Part shown: one piece after another, positions 54,683 to 64,000 of the stretch
Numbering within the stretch: the first letter of the stretch is position 1
Layout of the letters: each line of letters starts with the position of its first letter
NCBI GenBank assembly: GCA_965216755.1
Contig: CBDCGL010000011.1
Span: 3,744,001-3,808,000, forward strand
Origin: Alphaproteobacteria bacterium
GTDB lineage: Bacteria; Pseudomonadota; Alphaproteobacteria; UBA7887
Reading direction: 5' to 3'
Length of the DNA stretch: 64,000 bases
The notes under the pieces: model-generated
What the model was told of the DNA's origin: nothing
Databases searched by the model: none
The model's input: the letters and a program-made list of their open reading frames with translations, nothing else
Program-made: the position numbers and the translations under genes

Positions 54683-55117
54683 GCCTGCCAATTCCTTGCG
54701 CGCCGTCGAAACGATATCTCCAAATTTAACATGAACCCACGACTCAGAATTCCGGAAGCCTTAAGACTCGTTTGAAGCGCCCTGTGCCGGCGCGCATGTT
54801 CCCTGATTCCGGAGTACAGATGCGCGCTATGGGTGTTTGGGAACGCCGCGGCCAAGTCATGGACGTGGTGGTCAAAATTAGTGGGACCCCCAATCCAATT
54901 GGCCACATCAATGAAATTTCCCATATTGCAGGCAAATGAGCGGAGACGGCTTGGCTAGTGATTGCGTGACCGCCGGCCGGCGAATTGCCCAAACCGGAGA
55001 CAGAGGTCACGGAACGTGACAATCTAACCCAAGAATCGGTAGTCGCCTTGGGCCGGACCGCCATACACCAAGACCAAGGCAAGATGGCGCGCGTGCGGCG
55101 ACGTCACAGAGGGGCGT

Positions 55118-56716
55118 ATGTACGACTATGTGATCGTTGGCGGCGGCTCCGCCGGTTGCGCCATCGCCGCGCGGCTTGGCGAAATCGCGGATGCCAGATT
55201 GCTGTTGGTCGAGGCCGGGCCGGCTGATCGCGACCGCAAAATCCACTACCCCGTTTGTTTCTACAAAATGACCGACGGTGATTTGACCTGGGGCTACGAG
55301 ACTGCGCCGTCGCCGCAGCGCGATGGTCACGTCATGCGGTTTGCCCAGGCGCGCGTATTGGGCGGCGGCAGTTCCATCAATGCCATGGTCTTTACGCGCG
55401 GCCATGCGGCCGACTTTGACGCCTGGGCTCGGGAAGAACAGTGCGATGGTTGGGCGTACCAAGATGTCTTGCCCTATTTTCGTCGTTCCGAAGACAATAA
55501 CCGCCTGGCGAATGAATACCATGGTATCGGCGGCCCGCTTGGTGCGTCCGATCAAATCAATCCGCATCTGTTGAGCCACGCGTTTGTCCGCGCCGCACAG
55601 CAGGCGGGCTTGGCGCACAACCCCGATTTCAATGGCGCCGCGCAAGATGGGGTCGGGCTCTATCAGGTCACCCAGCGTGGCGCCCGGCGGTGCAGCGCCG
55701 CGGTCGGCTATCTGCACCCGGCCATGAAGCGCGGCAATATTGACTTGGTAACCGACGCGCTCGCCACCCGAATCGTCGTCAAGCATGGGCGTGCGACCGG
55801 CGTCGAATATTTTTCCCATGGTCGTGCTCGCGTGGCGCACGCGGAACAGGAGGTGATCGTTGCGTCCGGTGCGATCGGTTCACCGAAACTGCTGTTGCTA
55901 TCGGGTATCGGGCCGGCGGATGAACTCAAACCCTTAGGTATCGACGTGATCCACGACTTGCCCGGGGTGGGCAAGAATCTTCAGGACCACATCGACGTTT
56001 ACAGCATCCACGAGCTTAACGGACCGTACAGCTATGATCGCCACACGCGACCACGGAACATGTTCTGGGCCGGGCTCCAATATCTGATGTTCCGAACCGG
56101 TCCGGTGACCTCGAACCTCGCCGAGGCGGGCGGTTTTTGGCGCGCCGACGAACGCGCGTCGGCCCCCGATATCCAGTTTCATTTCCTGCCGGGCGCCGGT
56201 TTGGAAGCCGGTGTGCCGCCGGTGCCGAGCGGATATGGCTGCACGATCAACTCTTGCTACCTCAGACCTCGATCGCGGGGTAGCGTGTCGTTGCCGAGTG
56301 CCGACCCGATTGCCGCGCCGATCATCGATCCGAACTACTGGGCGGAACCCCACGATCTGGAAATGTCGCTGCGCGGCTTTGACAAGACGCGCGAGATTGC
56401 CAGCCAGCCGGCCCTTGCCAAATTCATTCGAAAAGAACATCTGCCGGGGCTCGGTGCTATGAACCGCGCCGACATCGAGGCTTACGCCAAACGCTTTGGC
56501 AAGACCGACTATCACCCGGTCGGGACGTGCAAGATGGGCGTGGATGAGCTCGCCGTGGTCGACCCACAATGCCGTGTGTACGGTATCGACGGCCTGCGTG
56601 TCGCCGACAGTTCCATCATGCCGCGCCTGATCGGTTCAAACACCAACGCGACAGCGATCATGATCGGCGAAAAGGCCAGCGACATGATCCGCGGCAATCG
56701 CACGGCCAGACACTGA
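55118..56716 (+). CDS. GMC family oxidoreductase (choline dehydrogenase-like)
   Basis: GGGSAG, LGGGSSINAM, GKNLQDH, HPVGTCKMG, NTNA. Confidence 0.93.
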   Translation: MYDYVIVGGGSAGCAIAARLGEIADARLLLVEAGPADRDRKIHYPVCFYKMTDGDLTWGYETAPSPQRDGHVMRFAQARVLGGGSSINAMVFTRGHAADFDAWAREEQCDGWAYQDVLPYFRRSEDNNRLANEYHGIGGPLGASDQINPHLLSHAFVRAAQQAGLAHNPDFNGAAQDGVGLYQVTQRGARRCSAAVGYLHPAMKRGNIDLVTDALATRIVVKHGRATGVEYFSHGRARVAHAEQEVIVASGAIGSPKLLLLSGIGPADELKPLGIDVIHDLPGVGKNLQDHIDVYSIHELNGPYSYDRHTRPRNMFWAGLQYLMFRTGPVTSNLAEAGGFWRADERASAPDIQFHFLPGAGLEAGVPPVPSGYGCTINSCYLRPRSRGSVSLPSADPIAAPIIDPNYWAEPHDLEMSLRGFDKTREIASQPALAKFIRKEHLPGLGAMNRADIEAYAKRFGKTDYHPVGTCKMGVDELAVVDPQCRVYGIDGLRVADSSIMPRLIGSNTNATAIMIGEKASDMIRGNRTARH

Positions 56717-56731
56717 CCTAGACAACGAGCA

Positions 56732-56762
56732 CCAAATATGGCGGCCATGCGCCATGATTTGG
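56732..56762. terminator. Hairpin between convergent genes
   Basis: CCAAAT-ATGGCG-gccatg-CGCCAT-g-ATTTGG. Confidence 0.4.
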
Positions 56763-56770
56763 ATTTGACC

Positions 56771-58057
56771 TCAGCGCCGGAAGCGCGCCAGTCGAAACGG
56801 CCGTGGATCCGTGCACGGGCGTTTCCCAGTTACCAGATCCGCCGCAAGTTGGCCGGCGCCGGGGCCGATCCCAAAGCCGTGTCCGGAAAAACCGGTGGCG
56901 ATGAACAGGCCGGGTATCGCGTCGACCGCGGAAATGACGGGCAGGGAATCGGGCGTCACATCGATGCACCCGGCCCAGCGGGTTTCCACGCGGGCAGCGC
57001 GAAATGCGGGGAAATGGCGCCGTATTCGGCGCTCGGCGATGGCCAGTGCGGACAGATCCGGTGCTGGATCCAGAATCCGCGTGTGCTCAAAGGGCGATGT
57101 TTGGTCCAGAGGCCAGCGTTTTGGCACACGCGCTTCGTCAAGGAACGACTTGCCGATCCGCGGCCGCAGATTTCGTCCCGTCGTCCGGAGCGCCGGCAAA
57201 AAATCGAAGAAATAGCGAAAACTGTCGGGCACGAGATCAACCCGGTTGGCATTACCGTTGGCGACCGTGTAGCCGCCATCGCGCCGTTTGCGAAAGGCGA
57301 AGCCTGGGCCGGACGCGGCTCCCTCAGGGCCACCTTCAAATGGCGCTAGGCGCATGGCGGACGCGCGCACCTTCAACTGGGGAAGCTTTACGCCCAGATT
57401 CCGGCAAAAGAGGCTGGACCAGGCGCCGGCGGCCAGGACCACCGCGTTACACGCCACGCGACCATGTTCGGTTACCACCGCCGCGACACGACCCGCCGCC
57501 ACGTCAAGGCCACGTACCGCGCACTGCCCCTTGACGACGGCGCCGCGCCGGCTTGCGGCCGCCGCGATGAGTAGGGTCGCCCGGCCCGGTTCGGCGCGGC
57601 CGTCGCTGGCGGTATGCAGCGCCCCGGTCCAACGGCCCACAAGGCCCGGCAAAATGCGCTCCAATTCGACGCCCCTGACAATCCGTGAATCGATTTGGTA
57701 GGGGCGCGCCGCCGCCAACCATTGTTGTCGTTCCGAAAGATCCTTTTCGGTTCGGCACAAATAGGTGATGCCCGACGCGACATAGCCTGTATTGGCTTCG
57801 ATGCGCCCATTCATGCGTTGCCACAGGCGCTCGCTTTCCAGCATTAGGGGCAATTCGCGCGGATCGCGCCCCATTTTGCGCACCCAGCCCCAATTGCGGC
57901 TCGATTGCTCGGCGCCGATCCGACCCTTTTCGCACAGCAGAGTGGGTATTTCGCGATGGGCGAGAAACAGCGTGGTCGAGGCACCGACGATGCCACCGCC
58001 GATCACCACGACGTCAGCCGCCCGCGGCAGCGCGGCATCAAAGACCTGTGCACTCAT
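56771..58057 (-). CDS. FAD-dependent oxidoreductase (DAO family)
   Basis: IGGGIVG, EQSSRNWGW, WAGCID, GFSGHGFGIGPG. Confidence 0.92.
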   Translation of the reverse strand: MSAQVFDAALPRAADVVVIGGGIVGASTTLFLAHREIPTLLCEKGRIGAEQSSRNWGWVRKMGRDPRELPLMLESERLWQRMNGRIEANTGYVASGITYLCRTEKDLSERQQWLAAARPYQIDSRIVRGVELERILPGLVGRWTGALHTASDGRAEPGRATLLIAAAASRRGAVVKGQCAVRGLDVAAGRVAAVVTEHGRVACNAVVLAAGAWSSLFCRNLGVKLPQLKVRASAMRLAPFEGGPEGAASGPGFAFRKRRDGGYTVANGNANRVDLVPDSFRYFFDFLPALRTTGRNLRPRIGKSFLDEARVPKRWPLDQTSPFEHTRILDPAPDLSALAIAERRIRRHFPAFRAARVETRWAGCIDVTPDSLPVISAVDAIPGLFIATGFSGHGFGIGPGAGQLAADLVTGKRPCTDPRPFRLARFRR

Positions 58058-58117
58058 GATTTATGGCAGTGCGCGCGCGAACGTCATCTCGATCGACCCT
58101 TGGTATAAGACACAGCC

Positions 58118-59056
58118 ATGATCTCCTTGCGATCGACGCTTTGCCGCGCTTCATCCGGTCTGGTTGCCAGGCCGCGGCTGCAAGCGCTTGCATGGATGGC
58201 CGGCACGCTGACCGGGTTCACATTCATGGCGATTTCGGGCCGCGCCTTGGCGACCGAAATGTCTGTCGTCCAAATCATCTTTGTGCGCAGTGCCATCGCC
58301 CTGGTGATTGTTGCGCTGTTCGTGCCACGGCGCGGTTGGCGCCTGTTGCATACCAAGCGTCTTGGGCTGCATTTGCTGCGCAACATTGCCCATTTCGGTG
58401 GCCAATACGGCTGGTTTCTGGGCGTTGCTATGATTCCATTGGCGCAAGTTTTTGCCATCGAATTCACGACGCCGATTTGGACTATTTTGCTGGCGGCCTG
58501 GTTATTGGGCGAGCGCCTGACCGGCGCACGGATCTGGGCGGTTATATTGGGAATTGTCGGCATCGCCATCATTTTGCGGCCGGGAGCGGCGGGATGGAAC
58601 ATCGCGGCCCTGGCGGTCTTAGGCGCGGCCTTTGCCTATGCCGTATCGTACATCTTGACCAAGAAGCTGACCGCGACCGAGTCGCCGCTGGCGATTTTGT
58701 TTTACATGAACTTGTTCCAGTTGCCGATGGCCTTGCTGCCGTCACTGCCCGTGTGGGTGACGCCATCGCCGGCAATGTGGCCGTGGGCGGTGGTCGTCGC
58801 GGTGGCGGGGCTTTTGGCCCATTATTGTTTGGCGCGGGCGTTGGCCCTGGCCGATGCCGCGTTCATTGTCCCGCTGGACTTTTTGCGCTTGCCTTTGATC
58901 GCACTGGTCGGTGCCGGGTTATATGGGGAACCCATTGAAATCATGGTTCTTGTTGGGGCGGCGGTGATCATGTTCGGAAGCTACGTCAACAGCCGTGGGC
59001 CGCATCGATCGGCGACGATGGCGGGCGGTTCGCCCGGTGACCAGCGGAAACGTTGA
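58118..59056 (+). CDS. DMT/EamA family transporter
   Basis: About 10 TM segments, FTTPIW, LGERL, DFLRLP. Confidence 0.9.
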   Translation: MISLRSTLCRASSGLVARPRLQALAWMAGTLTGFTFMAISGRALATEMSVVQIIFVRSAIALVIVALFVPRRGWRLLHTKRLGLHLLRNIAHFGGQYGWFLGVAMIPLAQVFAIEFTTPIWTILLAAWLLGERLTGARIWAVILGIVGIAIILRPGAAGWNIAALAVLGAAFAYAVSYILTKKLTATESPLAILFYMNLFQLPMALLPSLPVWVTPSPAMWPWAVVVAVAGLLAHYCLARALALADAAFIVPLDFLRLPLIALVGAGLYGEPIEIMVLVGAAVIMFGSYVNSRGPHRSATMAGGSPGDQRKR

Positions 59057-59235
59057 GCAAACTGCTCGCCCATTGATTTTGCCAACTGCCTCGTAGATAG
59101 TTCACCGCTTATGCGTTGACCTGCCACGCGGCGCGCCTGAGCCGTGTTTGTGCTGCCATTGTGGCGTCAATATTGAGCCGAAACGGTCACGACAAAGGCC
59201 GAACCGGCAATGAGGTTTGGGGGAGGACAAGACAT

Positions 59236-61203
59236 ATGGACTCCATGGATGCCAAAACCATTTGGCTTTTCGTATTCGTGGCCCTGTATTGGGCGTACTG
59301 CATTTTCTGGGGTATCAAGGGTGCGCTGACCGCGCGGACCGCCAGTGATTACTTCATTGCCGGGCGAGGTATTTCGATTTGGGTCTTTGTGCTGGCCGCC
59401 ACTGCCACGTCGTTTTCCGGCTGGACGTTCATGGGCCATCCCGGGCTGATTTATCGTGATGGCTTTCCGTATGCCTACGCGTCGTTTTACGCGATCACGA
59501 TCCCATTTACCGGGGTCATGTTCCTGAAACGCCAGTGGATGATCGGCAAGCGCTTTGGGTTTGTGACGCCGGGCGAAATGCTGTCGGACTATTTTCGATC
59601 GGACGCGATTCGCATTCTGGTGGTGATCGTCGCGCTGGTCTTTTCGGTACCGTATCTGGGCGTGCAGCTGCGCGCGTCCGGTTTTCTTTTCAATGTTTTG
59701 ACCGACGGCCTTTTGGGGGTCGAGGTCGGCATGTGGCTGTTGTCGGCCGTGGTGCTGATCTATGTCGCGTCGGGTGGCCTGCGCGCGGTGGCCTATGTGG
59801 ACACCATGCAGTGCATTTTGCTGGCCGGCGGCATCATCGCGATCGGCATTATCACTCTGTCGTTTGTTGGCGGCATGGGGGCATTGTCCGACGGTATCGC
59901 GCAACTGAGCGCGATTGACGAGAAACTGACGCCTGCCGGGCACAGTCACTATGTGGCAATTCCCGGTGTGATCCAGTTTGTGTCAACCGGGCCGGCGGCC
60001 GTGGGCGGCGCCTGGACCGGTATCATGATTCTGACCTACATGTTCGCGCTGATGGGCATTCAATCGGCGCCGGCGTTCTCCATGTGGGCGTTCTCGAACA
60101 AAAGCCCCGAACCGTTCGCGCCCCAGCAAGTGTGGGCGTCGTCGTTCGGCATCGGCGCTATTCTGTTCGCATTCACGGCCATCCAGGGGATCGGCGCTCA
60201 TTTGCTGGGCGCCGACACGGCCCTGCTGGCCGCCCATCCGGAAGTGGTCAACAATGTCATGGGCGAAGGCCTTGGCGGCGTCGACCTGATGGAGGCAAAA
60301 GGCAAACAAGGCATGTTGGTGCCGCAGCTGATTAATCTGATGGCCGATTCGGCGCCCTGGTTGGTTGGCTTGTTATCAGTGTGCGCCTTGGCCGCGATGC
60401 AATCGACCGGGGCGGCGTACATGTCGACCGCCGGTGGCATGCTGACCCGCGATCTGATCAAGCATTACCTGATGCCGGATGCCGGCCATGGCACGCAGAA
60501 ACTTTTCGGTCGCATCGGTGTCGCCATCATCGTCTTTGCCGCGCTGATCGTTGCCTCGACGTCGTCGGATGCGTTGGTGCTGTTGGGCGGTTTGGCCGTG
60601 GCCTATGGCTTCCAGATGTGGCCGTCGTTGATCGCGGTCTGCTGGTGGCCATGGTTGACCCGTGCCGGCGTGACCCTTGGATTGATCGCGGGATTGATCG
60701 CGGTGACGCTAACCGAGAGTATCGCGCGTGATTGGTTCGGTATCACCGCGTGGGGTCGTTGGCCGCTGACCATTCATTCTGCCGGCTGGGGCATCTTCTT
60801 CAATTTCGGCATTGCGGTTATCGTCTCGATGTTCACGCAAAACAGTGCCGATATGGCCCACAAGATGAAGGTTCATGATTTCCTGCGCGAACATGCGAGA
60901 TTGCCCGCCCATAAGCGGGGATTGGTACCGACCGCATGGATCATCACCTTGATTTGGTTTTTCTTCGCCATTGGACCGGGCGCGGTGATCGGCAATACCC
61001 TGTTTGGGGATCCGAATGACGCCACGACGTGGCTGTTCGGTGTGCCGTCGATTTGGACTTGGCAAGTCATCTGGTGGGCTGCGGGCGTGTTCATGATGTG
61101 GTTCCTGGCCTACAAGATGGAAATGGCCACGGTGCCGGCGATGGAAGTGGAGGCGCTGCACGAAGATATCGGCGACGTGCAACTGGCGATCGACAAGCCG
61201 TAA
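59236..61203 (+). CDS. Sodium:solute symporter (SSS) family transporter
   Basis: DYFIAGR, ATSFSGWTFMGHPG, GGLRAVAYVD, AAMQST. GGAGG RBS. Confidence 0.93.
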   Translation: MDSMDAKTIWLFVFVALYWAYCIFWGIKGALTARTASDYFIAGRGISIWVFVLAATATSFSGWTFMGHPGLIYRDGFPYAYASFYAITIPFTGVMFLKRQWMIGKRFGFVTPGEMLSDYFRSDAIRILVVIVALVFSVPYLGVQLRASGFLFNVLTDGLLGVEVGMWLLSAVVLIYVASGGLRAVAYVDTMQCILLAGGIIAIGIITLSFVGGMGALSDGIAQLSAIDEKLTPAGHSHYVAIPGVIQFVSTGPAAVGGAWTGIMILTYMFALMGIQSAPAFSMWAFSNKSPEPFAPQQVWASSFGIGAILFAFTAIQGIGAHLLGADTALLAAHPEVVNNVMGEGLGGVDLMEAKGKQGMLVPQLINLMADSAPWLVGLLSVCALAAMQSTGAAYMSTAGGMLTRDLIKHYLMPDAGHGTQKLFGRIGVAIIVFAALIVASTSSDALVLLGGLAVAYGFQMWPSLIAVCWWPWLTRAGVTLGLIAGLIAVTLTESIARDWFGITAWGRWPLTIHSAGWGIFFNFGIAVIVSMFTQNSADMAHKMKVHDFLREHARLPAHKRGLVPTAWIITLIWFFFAIGPGAVIGNTLFGDPNDATTWLFGVPSIWTWQVIWWAAGVFMMWFLAYKMEMATVPAMEVEALHEDIGDVQLAIDKP

Positions 61204-61273
61204 GTGGAAGCGATGGTATCGGGGCGGCGAAGACGCCGGCCCCGCCATCGTGGCGAAGGATGAGGGCGGCGAC

Positions 61274-61510
61274 ATGCCGCTGAGTTACTGGGCATGGGTC
61301 GTCGCTCTGGCGGCGGCCTTGCTGTACCCGGTCGGCCGTTTGATATGGGTGTTTAGCGTGCGCCGATTGCAGCGGCGATTGGGCCGCGCGCTGCGCGAGG
61401 AGGAAATCGCGGGCCAACGGCGGCGCGCCTATTTCATCGCGGTTCCTGTCTGTCTTGCGTTCGCTGCGCTATTCAATATGCGTTTGTTGGATTTTTCCGG
61501 CGGTGGATGA
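61274..61510 (+). CDS. Small two-TM hypothetical protein
   Basis: Two hydrophobic helices around a basic loop; overlaps the next gene. Confidence 0.7.
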   Translation: MPLSYWAWVVALAAALLYPVGRLIWVFSVRRLQRRLGRALREEEIAGQRRRAYFIAVPVCLAFAALFNMRLLDFSGGG

Positions 61511-62123
61511 ACGCCTATACCGATTTCTCAAGATCGCCGCCATTGCGCTCGCGGTGGTTTGCGCCGGTTGGTTGGTTTACGACGGATTTTTGGCGCGCCA
61601 AGATGCCGCCGGGCAAGCCGGCCAAGCGGCGGATCGCTTGTTCCAGGACGGTGCCTATGAGGCGGCGCTGGAAACCTATCGCAAAGCGGCGCTGGCCGCG
61701 CCCGAGCTGCCCGATCCCGCGCATGGCATCGCCATCAGCCTGATGCAGCTCGATCGTCGCGAACAGGCGTTGGCGGCGTTTGCCCATGCGATCGCCCTGG
61801 ATCCGACGCACGCCGGCAACTATGCGAACCGTGGCATATTGCTGGATCGCATGGGCGACCACCAAGCCGCGATGCATGACTATGAACGGGCGCTATCGCT
61901 GGACCCAAGCTTGGCTGATGGGCCGGGGTGGCTGACGCGTTTCCTGCGCAATCAGGCCGAGCGGCCGCCATCGATCGCCGATCGGTTGGATTATTTGCGG
62001 ATTGAGCTGGCTAAACCGGCGGCGGAGCGTTTGCTGCATCAGCCGGACACGGACGCGGCGCAGCGCCCGTACAAAAAGCACCGCGATGCTTCAGTCGAAG
62101 AGGCCGAAAATGTCGACGAATAG
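61503..62123 (+). CDS. Membrane-anchored TPR protein
   Basis: N-terminal TM segment and TPR-like repeats (AIALDP, YANRGI, YERALSLDP). GTG start. Confidence 0.85.
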   Translation: MDERLYRFLKIAAIALAVVCAGWLVYDGFLARQDAAGQAGQAADRLFQDGAYEAALETYRKAALAAPELPDPAHGIAISLMQLDRREQALAAFAHAIALDPTHAGNYANRGILLDRMGDHQAAMHDYERALSLDPSLADGPGWLTRFLRNQAERPPSIADRLDYLRIELAKPAAERLLHQPDTDAAQRPYKKHRDASVEEAENVDE

Positions 62124-62267
62124 AACCCGGACGCAAAACAGCAGCGCGATGGCGCCAAACAACTGATGGACCACTGGTCGTTCACCGTTTGCATCGCGAT
62201 AGGTCAAGCCATGCCAGGCGACGCCCGCCGTGACGAGAACGAAAATGACATCAAGCGGTTCGGGCAT
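62091..62267 (-). CDS. Small two-TM hypothetical protein (58 aa)
   Basis: MPEPLDVIFVLVTAGVAWHGLTYRD...LLFCVRVLFVDIFGLFD. Confidence 0.55.
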   Translation of the reverse strand: MPEPLDVIFVLVTAGVAWHGLTYRDANGERPVVHQLFGAIALLFCVRVLFVDIFGLFD

Positions 62268-62290
62268 CCCGTCGCTAACTGGTTCGTGCC

Positions 62291-62686
62291 TCAGTAACAG
62301 GGCGGAAAATAGCAGCCGGTCGGTCCACTCATATAATGGGAGCCGATAACCAAAACCGCCAGCGTTAGGCTGGTCCATACCGCATAGCGGATGCCGAGAT
62401 AGATCATGGTTGGCGTCGGCGGCTCGTGGACTATGCCATATTCGGCCGGGTCCAGGCGGCCGTCGCCCGCCTTGCGCACAATCTCGCGGGTAAAGGCGCG
62501 CACCCACATCGGCACACGGTCACGGTACATATAGGCCGTAAAGGCCGCTTCCAGCTGCGGGCCCGATTTGCGTCCGTACCACGCCAAAAAAGCCAATTCA
62601 AAAACCTGGAACTCCGGAACATCGAGTAAAGCGGCGGCATCCAACACGGTTTGGATGTCTACTGGCAAATCCGGATCAAGTTTCAT
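62291..62686 (-). CDS. Hypothetical protein with C-terminal TM segment ending CYFPPCY
   Basis: Protein-like composition (EFQVFELAFLAWYG, VPMWVR). Confidence 0.7.
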   Translation of the reverse strand: MKLDPDLPVDIQTVLDAAALLDVPEFQVFELAFLAWYGRKSGPQLEAAFTAYMYRDRVPMWVRAFTREIVRKAGDGRLDPAEYGIVHEPPTPTMIYLGIRYAVWTSLTLAVLVIGSHYMSGPTGCYFPPCY

Positions 62687-62815
62687 ATCCCGCGCCCCCG
62701 GGTTGCTGATATGGTACGCGCCGTGCCGCAGGCTTAGCAAATCTTGCGTTTCGGTCGCGTTGTCGATGCATCCAACGGCTGTCGTTCTTACGACGATGTA
62801 CCCCTAGACCTTATT

Positions 62816-64000
62816 TTGGCTCGCTTAGCCGGGAATCAAAGAGCGGACGTCACGCGTCGGGGTCAGAGTGGCGCGTCGGCAACGCCATCGCAAACGGCCG
62901 TCTTCACGCGACTGGTCCGCGATCATATGCGCGCCGCCCCGGTCCATGTGCCAGCCACAACACCGCTCAAAGACGCGGTAACCAAAATGGCCGCGGCCCG
63001 CGCCAGCGCGGTGATGGTTACCGATGATGCTGGTGCCATCGTCGGCATTGTCACCGAGCAAGACATCGCGCGGCGCATGGCGTTCGGGCCGCCGGCCGAG
63101 ACCGAAATCGGGACGGTGATGACCGCACCTGTGGCCGTGATACGCGATACGGATTTGCTCTATCACGCGATCGGTCGCATGCGACGATCCCGGTTGCGCC
63201 ATATGCCGGTGGTCGATCGCGGCGGCCGTGCGGTCGGAATTCTAGAGCTGCACGACGCGCTGGCGGTTGGAGCCGGGCAAATGGTCGACCAGATCGATCG
63301 CCTGACCCATGAAGGCAGCCTTGAAGGGTTGCGTCGGGTTAAACGGGAGCAGGCGGCCGTGGCCAGCCAGTTGCTAGCCGACAATGTTCCGGCGCCGGAC
63401 GTATTGCGGCTGATTTCCGACATCAATTGTGATCTCTATCGACGCGTGGTCGACCTGGCCTGCGAGGACGTGCGCACGGCCGAGGGCGAGCTGCCGCCGC
63501 TGCCATTTGCCGTGATTGTCATGGGATCGGGCGGGCGCGGTGAAAGCGGCCTGAGCGCAGACCAAGACAATGGGTTTATTGTCGCCGACTATCCAGACGC
63601 CGAGCATGATCGCATCGATGGGTATTTTCGCCAATTGGCGACACGCATGACCGCGATGTTGGACGAAGTGGGATTACCGCTGTGTTCGGGTGATGTTATG
63701 GCGTCCAATCCGCTGTGGCGCAAAACAGCGAGCCAATGGTGTGCGCAAGTGGACTATTGGCTGCGTAAGCGTAACGCGGCGATCTTGCGGTTGGGTGACG
63801 TATTTTTCGATTTTCAAGCGGCCGCTGGGGCGCATGATTTGGCCGAGCGGGTGCGCGCCCATATCGCCGAGACGCTGCCTGGCGCCTACCCATTTTTGCA
63901 GACCATGTATGGCGCGCAACAGAACCACCGCACGGCGCTGGGCTTATTCGGTTGGTTTCGGCGCGAGGCCGAGGGGCCGCACAAAGGCATGATCAGCCTA
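62816..64000 (+). CDS. CBS-pair plus DUF294 nucleotidyltransferase-like protein (partial; start uncertain)
   Basis: Not in the ORF track because it runs off the window. Manual translation gives LVRDHM...GIVTEQDI...LRHMPVVD (CBS pair), MGSGGRGE...DQDNG (NTase motif) and VMASNPLW. Confidence 0.88.
   Translation, partial: MARLAGNQRADVTRRGQSGASATPSQTAVFTRLVRDHMRAAPVHVPATTPLKDAVTKMAAARASAVMVTDDAGAIVGIVTEQDIARRMAFGPPAETEIGTVMTAPVAVIRDTDLLYHAIGRMRRSRLRHMPVVDRGGRAVGILELHDALAVGAGQMVDQIDRLTHEGSLEGLRRVKREQAAVASQLLADNVPAPDVLRLISDINCDLYRRVVDLACEDVRTAEGELPPLPFAVIVMGSGGRGESGLSADQDNGFIVADYPDAEHDRIDGYFRQLATRMTAMLDEVGLPLCSGDVMASNPLWRKTASQWCAQVDYWLRKRNAAILRLGDVFFDFQAAAGAHDLAERVRAHIAETLPGAYPFLQTMYGAQQNHRTALGLFGWFRREAEGPHKGMISL

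Noticed and set aside
54692-55117. Riboswitch (glycine-like GGAGA motifs) upstream of the GMC gene
   Set aside because: The conserved CCGAAG and CTCTCAGG elements are missing.
52250-58057. Integrative island at the tRNA
   Set aside because: No integrase and no duplicated tRNA 3' end was spotted in the window.

Overview
GC-rich, gene-dense chromosomal segment of an alphaproteobacterium, probably Rhodospirillales-like judging from gene order (inference). It is mostly core genes: ychF-pth-rplY-prs, pgeF-midA-lgt-hldD, ubiK-ybjN-proC, an RpoH-family sigma factor, a MarR/OmpR/EnvZ-like cluster, ilvE, moaE-moaD-moeA-mobB-pgsA-uvrC, folB, a frameshifted uvrB, two aminotransferases, a molybdoenzyme plus msrP, LysR-trxB, greA-carB-carA and yqeY-dnaG-rpoD-tRNA(CAT). 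Accessory catabolic and transport genes follow, ending in an SSS-transporter/TPR/CBS-nucleotidyltransferase cluster. The most interesting signals are non-coding. (1) A probable Fur-controlled ~95-nt small RNA sits next to trxB, with its own promoter, a plus-strand terminator and two mutually exclusive folds that hide or expose an anti-Shine-Dalgarno seed. (2) A 440-bp CTAG-flanked, multi-hairpin non-autonomous element lies at the pth stop codon. (3) A DnaA-box/IHF-site cluster (datA/DARS-like) lies upstream of uvrC. (4) A ~113-bp inverted-repeat element follows the tRNA. (5) A ~100-nt irregular rod hairpin lies between carA and yqeY. No CRISPR array, integrase, transposase or rRNA was seen. 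All calls were made by eye, without database searches.
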